A stretch of 64,000 nt of DNA from a bacterium. Lineage in GTDB: Bacteria > JACRDZ01 > JAQUKH01. A model generated the notes under the pieces. That model had not been told where the DNA came from, ran no database searches, and saw only the letters and a program-made list of their open reading frames with translations. Positions 27,447-35,735 of the stretch are shown piece by piece. The position numbers were made by a program, and so were the translations under genes. Position 1 is the stretch's first letter. The number at the start of each line of letters is the position of its first letter. The DNA is taken from NCBI GenBank assembly GCA_028719205.1, contig JAQUKH010000007.1, forward strand, positions 6,254 through 70,253, in the 5' to 3' direction.

Positions 27447-28769
27447 TTAAGTTTTTAATGTTAATTGGGCTTCAAGCACTTTTTCATGGCGTATCTTACG
27501 TATAACTACTCTTAAATTCCCATATTCAAGTATATCTCCTCCGCGAGGCGGGCGGCCTAACCGGTTGGTTATCAAGCCGGTCAAGGTAGGTGCAGTTTGC
27601 CCTTCAGAAAAAGCAGAAAGGTCTATCCCGGCGGTTTCTTTAAGGAGGGATAGAGAAACGCCTCCGCCGACAACCCAACTTTCTCCCACAGGAACTATAT
27701 AAATAGGAAGCCTGTCATGTTCATCGCGGATCTCTCCTACAAGCTCTTCCATTACATCTTCCAACGTGATCATTCCTGCCACGGACATTGAATTATCGCG
27801 TATTAAAGCGATATGCGTATGATTCTTTATCATCATCTCGAGAGCCGCGGCAACAGACATATCCGTTGGAATACTCGGAACAGGGTGCAAAATAGACCTT
27901 AAGGACATCCTGTCGGGAGAAAGCCTCATTAAAATAACAATATCCTTAAAGTTAACATAACCGATGATGGCCTGAGGATCGCCTTTGCGTTCGGTTACAG
28001 GAAATCTTGTATGCAGGTAAAGATGAGCGGCTATAAGGCAATCTTCCAGCGCGTCATCCACATTAAGCATATTTATATAAGCTGCCTGCAGCATGATACC
28101 CTGTACAGAATAGTGAGAAAGCCTGACAGTATTTTTAATTATATCCTCTTCCCGCCTTCCAATTACATGAGATGAACGCGCCATGTATACCGCGGCATGC
28201 AATTCCTTCAGTTCCGCGGGCTCAGAATATGCTGATTCTTTTCCCATCGGGCGCAGGTTTTCCTGTATCCAATTTACAATACCGGTTACGGTTGATTCAA
28301 ATAGCATTACTAATGGTTTAAGAATGAGCGCGAAACTTTTTATAACAGGCGAAAGCTTAAGGCAAAATGCCTCCGGATTTTTAAGAGCGAATATTTTTGG
28401 GATCAATTCGCCAAAAATTATTGAAATTATTGTCAGCGGCAGGACAACTATTGAGATGGCAAAAATTTCCGATAATCCATAGGATAATCCAAACGAGTTT
28501 TTTAAAAATGGAGCCAGAGATTCTTTTGCCCCGGCGCCTCCCGTGGCGGCGGCAATCGCGCCGAAAAGCGTAATTCCGAGTTGTATTACGGCAAGGCTGG
28601 CCGATATGTTTTCTTTCATGTAAACAGCTGATCTCGCGCCGTGTTTTTTCTCCTGTTCAAGTATCCGAAGCCTTGCCAGAGACACAGCCGCCAGTGAGAT
28701 CTCATATCCGGCGAAAATACCGTTCATCGCTATCATGCTGAGTATTACTATGATTTCAAGTGTCCACAT
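27447..28769 (-). CDS. CNNM/TlyC-family membrane protein (DUF21 + CBS pair + CorC_HlyC)
   Basis: 440 aa with a four-TM N-terminal DUF21-like domain, a central CBS pair and a C-terminal transporter-associated domain. Confidence 0.8.
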   Translation of the reverse strand: MWTLEIIVILSMIAMNGIFAGYEISLAAVSLARLRILEQEKKHGARSAVYMKENISASLAVIQLGITLFGAIAAATGGAGAKESLAPFLKNSFGLSYGLSEIFAISIVVLPLTIISIIFGELIPKIFALKNPEAFCLKLSPVIKSFALILKPLVMLFESTVTGIVNWIQENLRPMGKESAYSEPAELKELHAAVYMARSSHVIGRREEDIIKNTVRLSHYSVQGIMLQAAYINMLNVDDALEDCLIAAHLYLHTRFPVTERKGDPQAIIGYVNFKDIVILMRLSPDRMSLRSILHPVPSIPTDMSVAAALEMMIKNHTHIALIRDNSMSVAGMITLEDVMEELVGEIRDEHDRLPIYIVPVGESWVVGGGVSLSLLKETAGIDLSAFSEGQTAPTLTGLITNRLGRPPRGGDILEYGNLRVVIRKIRHEKVLEAQLTLKT

Positions 28770-28937
28770 TTACACCCCCGCAGGTAATTTAAAATTTAAT
28801 ATGAACTATTATATATTTTAATTGTATTATCGGCAACTTCCGAATTATCTGAAAAGGTGGAAAAAAGACAGAAATTAATAGATTCTGCCAATTGATTTAA
28901 TTTTAAATAACTCTAAAATATTAGAAAGGAAATTTAT

Positions 28938-29501
28938 ATGCTTAAACAAATCTTAAAATTCAGAATTTTTATCGTTATTTCTTTAATACTGATGTTATTT
29001 TGCTCAGCTACATTGGCCTGGGATGGAAGGTATCGTTACCGTCGCGGCAGATGGTATCGTGACCGTGATTGGTTCTGGTTCAGTATTGGCGGGCCCACAA
29101 TCACTATAGGAACGGTTGTTTCAACTTTGCCGCCTACCTATTCAATTGTTTTTTTCGGGAACATGCCATATTATTATTATGATGATTTCTACTACAGGCC
29201 ATATTATCCCAGCGGCTATATTGTGGTTCCGGCACCTGCTCAGCCTGCTATCATTATGCCCAAGACTTCTGAAACTACTACTGTTTATAACACAGTCATA
29301 GTTCATAATCCTCCTGCTGCCATAACACAGCAGGATAGTTTTACCGTGAATATTCCTAACCCCAACTCAAAGGGAGAATACATACCTGTAACTTTAAAAA
29401 GAGTAAACAACGGTTTTACCGGCCCTCAGGGTGAGTTTTATAAGGAATTCCCCTCTATAGAACAACTGCAGGTAATGTATGGAAATAAAGGCAGTCATTA
29501 A
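28938..29501 (+). CDS. Secreted or anchored aromatic- and Arg-rich hypothetical protein
   Basis: Signal peptide, RYRYRRGRWYRDRDWFWF, a hydrophobic stretch, YYYYDDFYYRPYYPSGY and the C-terminal GFTGPQGEFYKEFPSIEQLQVMYG. An RBS-like AGGAAA precedes the ATG. Confidence 0.5.
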   Translation: MLKQILKFRIFIVISLILMLFCSATLAWDGRYRYRRGRWYRDRDWFWFSIGGPTITIGTVVSTLPPTYSIVFFGNMPYYYYDDFYYRPYYPSGYIVVPAPAQPAIIMPKTSETTTVYNTVIVHNPPAAITQQDSFTVNIPNPNSKGEYIPVTLKRVNNGFTGPQGEFYKEFPSIEQLQVMYGNKGSH

Positions 29502-29519
29502 TTACTAATTTTGATGATT

Positions 29520-30710
29520 TTATATATGTTGAATTACTTTATCGTAAATCTCTTTACTATAAAAACCTTTACTCAATAAAAAGTCTAACTTTTTCTGATT
29601 TTTATCGCTATATAACGAACCGGATGGATCAAGAAAATCTTTAAACGTTTTATTTTTAATATAATATTCATAAACAGCACCCACCCATTCCGCCAGGTCT
29701 TCCGGCGGACATTCACCGCCCTGCCCGCCCAGAAAAGCATTTTTAACATGCGTTTCTCTAAAATTAGCCGCGAATTCCTGCATATCTGTTCCTTTAAAAT
29801 AACAGGAAACACCGGAAATCGCTGTCCATTCGCTTTTATCATCGGGAACGCCTGTAGCAATACGCAGCTTAAAATCATAGACATGCGCCGCTTCATGGAA
29901 AAAAACATTCGGGTCATCATAATTTGACTTTTTTAACATTATACTCATAGATTTAAAATCGGATGATCCCAATTCTCCCCGTTTAAAACGCTCGTCCTCA
30001 GCAAAGATCACGTGTTTTATCGACCTCGCGAAATCTTCGGGCAGGAGAGCGATGTATGATTTGACCTTATCTCTTGATATTTGATCCGGAAAATGATGCA
30101 ATTTTACGCCCCTGTATTCTTCCTGGCTGCGCTCATTCAGGAGTTCGTTTAAATCAGGGCAGGAGGAATTCATAACAAATTCCCGGTCAACGGGATCCTC
30201 CTCAATGAGGCTGCCTACGGAAGTAATGAACTTGTCTATTTCAAAATTATCATCTTTCCCGAGCCTTATACATGGGATCAACTTGGGAATATCGTCTGAT
30301 TCAAGTAATGCTATTTTCGTTACTTCCCGGTTATCGATATAAAATTTAGTGGAAGCGTTGTTCCATGTTAATTTGATATCATGCCAATCCATGATCTTAA
30401 AATCATAAGGACTAATGAACGCGGTTAAGAGGCACCGCCCAAAGAACCTTCTGGCGATCATTTTATCTTTAATTATTTCGACTTCGTAACGTTCAGAAGC
30501 GTCTGAAGAAACACCAAGCACCAGAACATGGTTATGCGGATCCGTGGAAATATCTCTCAATAATTTTACCCGGAATTCAATTGTTCCCAGTCCGCCGTGA
30601 ATGCTTTGAGAATCGATATCCCGGAACATCGCGGCTCCATTTACGGTAACCGGAGGAGAAAAAATCATCAAACAAATTATTATTGTGAAAATTAATATAT
30701 TTTTATTCAT
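29520..30710 (-). CDS. Secreted HExxH (zinc-metallopeptidase-like) protein with an N-terminal lectin/LamG-like region
   Basis: I prefer the ATG at 30710 (MNKNILIFTIIICLMIF signal); the track uses a TTG at 30722. An HEAAH motif occurs in VFFHEAAHVYDF. The family is unassigned. Confidence 0.5.
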   Translation of the reverse strand: MNKNILIFTIIICLMIFSPPVTVNGAAMFRDIDSQSIHGGLGTIEFRVKLLRDISTDPHNHVLVLGVSSDASERYEVEIIKDKMIARRFFGRCLLTAFISPYDFKIMDWHDIKLTWNNASTKFYIDNREVTKIALLESDDIPKLIPCIRLGKDDNFEIDKFITSVGSLIEEDPVDREFVMNSSCPDLNELLNERSQEEYRGVKLHHFPDQISRDKVKSYIALLPEDFARSIKHVIFAEDERFKRGELGSSDFKSMSIMLKKSNYDDPNVFFHEAAHVYDFKLRIATGVPDDKSEWTAISGVSCYFKGTDMQEFAANFRETHVKNAFLGGQGGECPPEDLAEWVGAVYEYYIKNKTFKDFLDPSGSLYSDKNQKKLDFLLSKGFYSKEIYDKVIQHI

Positions 30711-30761
30711 CTTTGCGTACAATATCTTACCCCTTTTTCGTACAATATTCCATTCAATTAT

Positions 30762-30789
30762 AAAAAAGGCCCCAAATGGAGCCTTTTTT
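30762..30789 (-). terminator. Rho-independent terminator after the 30848..31972 gene
   Basis: The minus strand reads AAAAAA-GGCTCC-ATTT-GGGGCC-TTTTTT, a 6-bp stem that includes one G.U pair followed by a U-run. Confidence 0.55.
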
Positions 30790-30847
30790 AAAAGTATTCA
30801 TTTAAATTTCTTCTTTTACTCTCATTATTCATTATTAATACCACAAC

Positions 30848-31972
30848 TCACCATATTTGATAATAATACAAATGCTGCCCACCTCTCTTTAATATTAAAA
30901 GATACTTTCCATTATTAGTCAGATGTATAAATTTATAGCTATCTAGGTCTCCTTCAATATATTTCTTCCACACAGAATTGTTCCGGGCATCAAAAACAAC
31001 AATATTCTCAGGCATATTTTGAGTACCAACTAAATAATTTCCTCCATTAGATAATTTCACATTTACTAAACTTAATTCTCTTTCGATCTTTAAATTTTTA
31101 TCTGGAAGGTTTAAAACTTGAAAACTGCTGTCATATTGAAATAGAACTGCATTTCCATCAGGAGAGATAAATGCTTTTTTAACTATTTCTGGTATTTCAG
31201 TAACAACATTTCCTAAACAATCATAAATTCTATGAGAGTCTTTAAAATTCCATACTAAATATCCACCTTTCGTTACTTCAACTATTCCTGATTGACCGAA
31301 CCAATATGATTTGAATTTACCTTCCCATCTTAATTCTCCTTGACGATTATAAGTATGAATTGTTATATCTTTATTATTAGAACTCATCCATTCGCCTATG
31401 TTTACTCCTCCTACAAAATAATTACTATTAATAGAAAACACCATTCCATCAGGGATAGATTTTTCCCAAAGCAAATCTCCATTACTATTATATGCCCTGG
31501 TAGTGCCATCTTCTTCAAAATCACTCAAAATATACCATGTAGCATCTGGTGATAATATTGGAATTCCACGGGCAGATTTTTTCCAATATTCATTACCTTC
31601 TCTTGGAATAAAATGTAGTTCTGATACAGGAGAATCCAATATATTTGGAGAAAGATCATCAAAACTATCGCAATACATTATTTTACTTCCATCTGCTGAA
31701 ATATTAATATTCATTATACCTGCATTTATTTTTGGGCCTAGATGTAATCTTTCATATCCTTGATTATCAATTAAAACTAATTGCCCACTCATTTTATCAC
31801 TAATTAATACATCCCCTGATTCCTCCGCTATTGTTATCTCATCAATTTTGAATGAATATTCCTTCTCCCAAATCAGTTTTGGAAATCCGGGGGCAAAAGC
31901 ATAAGCTTCATAATAAAATATACAAAACATAAAAATCAAAATACAAAATAGTAAATGAATTTTTAATTTCAT
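30848..31972 (-). CDS. Secreted beta-propeller repeat protein (hypothetical)
   Basis: Signal peptide, then repeated blade-like motifs (SADGSKIMY, SPDATWYILS, SPDGNAVLFQ, SNGGNYLVGT, TNNGKYLLIL). Confidence 0.55.
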   Translation of the reverse strand: MKLKIHLLFCILIFMFCIFYYEAYAFAPGFPKLIWEKEYSFKIDEITIAEESGDVLISDKMSGQLVLIDNQGYERLHLGPKINAGIMNINISADGSKIMYCDSFDDLSPNILDSPVSELHFIPREGNEYWKKSARGIPILSPDATWYILSDFEEDGTTRAYNSNGDLLWEKSIPDGMVFSINSNYFVGGVNIGEWMSSNNKDITIHTYNRQGELRWEGKFKSYWFGQSGIVEVTKGGYLVWNFKDSHRIYDCLGNVVTEIPEIVKKAFISPDGNAVLFQYDSSFQVLNLPDKNLKIERELSLVNVKLSNGGNYLVGTQNMPENIVVFDARNNSVWKKYIEGDLDSYKFIHLTNNGKYLLILKRGGQHLYYYQIW

Positions 31973-32176
31973 TTTATTACCTCCAATTTAAAAGATATGT
32001 AGTTTATCAAATAATCCATCGCTAAAGAGAAACCGCTGGATACAGAGGAATATCGTCAGAATAATCAGGAAATTCAATGCAAGGGGAATCCGCAAATGAT
32101 AATTTTATTAAGAAGAATATATTTAATAATATAAAAAGTAATATAATTTTATTAGATTTTGTTTCCATTTTGTCTT

Positions 32177-33226
32177 TTATTTAAAATAAATTGCAGCAAC
32201 ACCAAATTTTATTGTTAATTCCCCTTTTACTTTTTTTTCATTAAAATCTAGCACTCTAATATAACCTTCCGTACGATCACCTCCAGCGCCAAGCACTAAA
32301 ATAGATTCATCCGGTGATATAGCTAGAACAGAACCAAAATCACCTAGAAAAGATTCTTCACGAGAAAAATTATCTGTATTTATTTTTACAAGAAAAACAT
32401 TTCTATAAGGCTCCACAGAAAGAAGCTCAGCTCTTAATGTATATAAATATCTACCATCATTCGAACAGATAGTAGGGAATCCATCACTTTCTAAATCCTG
32501 TATAAGAGAACCAGTTTCAGCATTTAATACTAATTCATGGTATTTTGGCAGTTCATTAAACATTTCACGACCATTTATATATAGCCTCTTATTATCCGGA
32601 GATAAAATAAAGCTATTTATCATATCAATCATAGGCAATTCCGGAAGATTGAAGGTTTTTGCTAAACCAAAATTATTTGTATCCCTCTTTTCAATTATCA
32701 TCTTTCCGCTATTATTTTTTTCTGATATACGATATAAATATTTACCATCTGATGTAAATTGATAATATTGAAATAATTGCTCAGGAATTTCAGAATAAGT
32801 ATAATCACTGCCATTAAATGTGTAAATCAAAGTCCGATGTTCACTTTGCTTATTATCTGCATTTAGATAAATTTGATTTTTTTGTGGATTAAAAAATATA
32901 TCTTCATAAAATCTATATGTCTGAGGACATGTAATTGTTTTTTCAATTTTAAAATTTATCAAATCAAATATAATTAAATCATTGATATAAAAGCTAAAAC
33001 CTTTTCTTCGGTTCTTATCATAAGCAATGCCTTTATCATCTCCCATCACGTGCGGATAAGTTACTTCTCGTAATATCTTTAATGAATCAAAATCTATTTC
33101 ATAGATTTCTCCGTGTAAAGAATAAACATAACCAATTTTCTCAGCATTTACTTTGCTTGAAGTTATTATTAGTAAAACCAATCCTAAAAACATTTTTGTC
33201 ATAATTTTGTTTATTATGTTTTTCAT
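32177..33226 (-). CDS. Secreted beta-propeller repeat protein, paralog A (YVTN/YncE-like)
   Basis: Signal peptide ending VNAEK. Motifs SDGKYLY, SPDNKRLYI, SNDGRYLYT and SPDESILVLG. It aligns along its length with the next gene. Confidence 0.55.
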   Translation of the reverse strand: MKNIINKIMTKMFLGLVLLIITSSKVNAEKIGYVYSLHGEIYEIDFDSLKILREVTYPHVMGDDKGIAYDKNRRKGFSFYINDLIIFDLINFKIEKTITCPQTYRFYEDIFFNPQKNQIYLNADNKQSEHRTLIYTFNGSDYTYSEIPEQLFQYYQFTSDGKYLYRISEKNNSGKMIIEKRDTNNFGLAKTFNLPELPMIDMINSFILSPDNKRLYINGREMFNELPKYHELVLNAETGSLIQDLESDGFPTICSNDGRYLYTLRAELLSVEPYRNVFLVKINTDNFSREESFLGDFGSVLAISPDESILVLGAGGDRTEGYIRVLDFNEKKVKGELTIKFGVAAIYFK

Positions 33227-33230
33227 TTTT

Positions 33231-34352
33231 TTATTTAAAGAAAATTCCTACAGGGTCAGCACTTATTCCTATTTGTCCTTTTATTACTTTCGTTTTTAAA
33301 TCTATTACAGTCACATATCCAGCATATTTATATCCAGTACCATATCCTGTAAGTAAAATCGAATCATCCTGCGATATAACAGTTCCCATATCACCCCATA
33401 TATTAGAATAATTTCCAAGTGAAATTTCTTCTTTTTCAAAAGTACTTGTATTTATTTTATAGAGTATAACATTATCATTTGCTTCACCATTAATAATATA
33501 TAAATAATTATCATCATTTGTTAGCGCCGCTGAACCTTGTTTTACAATAAAATTAGCTAATATATTACCATTATTTGAGTTCAACAGGATTTCACGTATC
33601 TCCCCATGATAAATAGCACTTATATAGAGTTTACTATTATCATGAGACAAATCTAAATCACAAACAGTTTTTGTTTCTTCAGGTAAATAAAAGGAACTTA
33701 TTAATCCAAAATTATTTGTATTTCTTTTTTGAATTAAATACTTTTCAGTATTTCTTTCTGTACCTGCAATATACATATATTCACCATCAGAAGAAAATTG
33801 ATACATATACACTATAAAATTGCTGTCGTCAATTTCACCTATCTGAGAATAATTTTCCCCACTATATATAATAGTTTTACGATCCGAATTCTCATCTGAC
33901 CCTATACCGACATAAATCTGATTTTTTGATATATTTAAAGCAAGAGTACCGGTATATGAATATGAAACAGGTCTATCGATTTTTTTTATTATGGTAAAAC
34001 TATTCACATCTAACACATTACAACTAAAATTTTCAAGTCCATAGCCTTTCTTTCTTACGCTATCATATACAATATCTCCAAAAAAACCGAATGCATCTGT
34101 CTCCCTTAGTATTTTCATTGAGTCAAAATCTACTTCATAGATTTTTTTCGCTGAATTTGCAATATAACCATACCTTTCAGCATAAACTGTGAAAAGACTA
34201 TTTATTAATAATAGAAATACAAAGAATAATATTTTTTTATAATTTTTTTTAAAACTTATATACAAAAAAAGACACTGTGTTATCCTAAAGATATTAGGAC
34301 AATACAATGTCTTCTTCAAAAACAAAATATTATTATCTATCATATTCTTCAC
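33231..34352 (-). CDS. Secreted beta-propeller repeat protein, paralog B
   Basis: Same architecture as 32177..33226 (AERYGYIA..IYEVDFDSMKILRET versus AEKIGYVY..IYEIDFDSLKILREV; both end I(Y/F)FK). The start codon is uncertain. Confidence 0.55.
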   Translation of the reverse strand: MKNMIDNNILFLKKTLYCPNIFRITQCLFLYISFKKNYKKILFFVFLLLINSLFTVYAERYGYIANSAKKIYEVDFDSMKILRETDAFGFFGDIVYDSVRKKGYGLENFSCNVLDVNSFTIIKKIDRPVSYSYTGTLALNISKNQIYVGIGSDENSDRKTIIYSGENYSQIGEIDDSNFIVYMYQFSSDGEYMYIAGTERNTEKYLIQKRNTNNFGLISSFYLPEETKTVCDLDLSHDNSKLYISAIYHGEIREILLNSNNGNILANFIVKQGSAALTNDDNYLYIINGEANDNVILYKINTSTFEKEEISLGNYSNIWGDMGTVISQDDSILLTGYGTGYKYAGYVTVIDLKTKVIKGQIGISADPVGIFFK

Positions 34353-34445
34353 ATACCCCCGGCCACTGTGAAAGCATGTTATTTCAAAAAATATCTTTTA
34401 TAGTATAAAACACATTTATGTATTTAATCAACTGGTTTCTTTTAC

Positions 34446-34475
34446 CTCCCCTTCCCCTCCTTTAAAAGGAGGGGA
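34446..34475 (+). promoter_or_regulatory. SD-sequestering hairpin in the queA leader
   Basis: CCCCTCC (34454..34460) pairs with GGAGGGG (34468..34474) around the loop TTTAAAA. A second CCTCCCC copy lies at 34446..34452. The G-rich arm is the only strong SD, 8 nt before the GTG at 34483. Confidence 0.4.
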
Positions 34476-34482
34476 TTAAAGG

Positions 34483-35685
34483 GTGGTTAAAATACCGTTT
34501 GATAATGGGGGAAAATGTGTTAAGATTCCACCTACTATGAAACTTTCAGATTTCGACTACCACCTCCCTGAAGAATTGATCGCGCAATATCCCGCACAAA
34601 AACGGGATGGGGCAAAAATGATGGTTGTGTATAGGAATACGGGAGAGATCCTGCATAGGCATTTCAAGGACCTGCCTGATTTTCTGGATGAAAAATATCT
34701 GATTGTTTATAACGATTCCAAGGTCGTGCCCTGCCGCGCCTTTGGCTATAAAAATGAAACCGGCGGAAAATTCGAGGTGTTCTTTTTATCCCCTTCGAGG
34801 ATAACAAGGACTAAAAACGGATCCGCCTTAGTCGGACCGTTTAAGTCTTGTTTAAAAGAGACGGGGGATAATATATGGGAATGCATGGTCAAGCCGAAAA
34901 AACGGGCGCGAATCGGGACAAAAATAATCTTTCGTGAAAATTCCATGGAAGGAGAAGTAACAGGATTTACTGATGACGGGATGGTTAATATAAAATTCCC
35001 GGGAAATAAGAAAATTGAAAATTTTCTTAAAAAGTTCGGGCATATGCCCCTTCCCCCTTATATTAAAAGGGATTATGCGGCTAAAAACGATGAAGGTTTT
35101 GACCGTAAAAGATATCAAAGTATTTTCGCGGATAAAAACGGTTCTATCGCCGCGCCTACCGCCAGCCTGCATTTTTCAAAAACAATTCTTAATAAACTTA
35201 AAAAAAAACATGTAGGCTTCACGTCAGTTACTCTGCATGTCGGATTGGGTACATTTCTTCCGTTGCGTGAAGAAGAGATCGAAAACACCAAACTTCATTA
35301 TGAATATTATTCATTAGGTAAAAATACCGCGGATAAAATAAATCAGGCTAAAAAACAAGGTGTTAAGGTCCTGGCTGTCGGGACCACATCCACGCGTGTC
35401 CTGGAATCCGCCGGCGCTGAAAACGGGATAATCAAACCAAACGAAGGAAATACCAGCCTGTTCATTTATCCCGGGAAGAAATTTAACGTAGTTGATACCC
35501 TTTTAACCAATTTTCACCTGCCAAAGTCAAGTTTATTTATTCTTGTGTCCGCCTTTGCTGAAGCTGCGGCGGACAAGTGCGCCCTTTCCGGTACGGAATT
35601 GATAAAAAACGCCTATAGCGAGGCGGTTAAAAACAAATATAAATTTTTCAGCTATGGCGACTGCATGCTAATCCTTGACAAATAA
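34483..35685 (+). CDS. queA: S-adenosylmethionine:tRNA ribosyltransferase-isomerase
   Basis: MKLSDFDYHLPEELIAQYP, MPLPPYIKR and AVGTTSTRVLES. The canonical N-terminus begins at the ATG at 34537, but only the GTG at 34483 has a strong SD, so the start is ambiguous. Confidence 0.85.
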   Translation: MVKIPFDNGGKCVKIPPTMKLSDFDYHLPEELIAQYPAQKRDGAKMMVVYRNTGEILHRHFKDLPDFLDEKYLIVYNDSKVVPCRAFGYKNETGGKFEVFFLSPSRITRTKNGSALVGPFKSCLKETGDNIWECMVKPKKRARIGTKIIFRENSMEGEVTGFTDDGMVNIKFPGNKKIENFLKKFGHMPLPPYIKRDYAAKNDEGFDRKRYQSIFADKNGSIAAPTASLHFSKTILNKLKKKHVGFTSVTLHVGLGTFLPLREEEIENTKLHYEYYSLGKNTADKINQAKKQGVKVLAVGTTSTRVLESAGAENGIIKPNEGNTSLFIYPGKKFNVVDTLLTNFHLPKSSLFILVSAFAEAAADKCALSGTELIKNAYSEAVKNKYKFFSYGDCMLILDK

Positions 35686-35735
35686 CAATTTTTCTTATAG
35701 AATTATTGTTTTTAAATCAAATAAATAAAATATTT

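Noticed and set aside
29585-29920. 111-aa ORF on the minus strand overlapping the HExxH-protein gene
   Set aside because: It is an alternative frame of the same strand inside the longer 29520..30710 CDS. The product is Arg/Met/Lys-rich and has no independent RBS.
34440-34482. preQ1 riboswitch upstream of queA
   Set aside because: The hairpin lacks the preQ1-I features I know (a 5-bp P1 with a conserved loop C and an A-rich 3' tail forming the pseudoknot). The stem is simply an SD/anti-SD pair. It is retained only as a generic regulatory hairpin.
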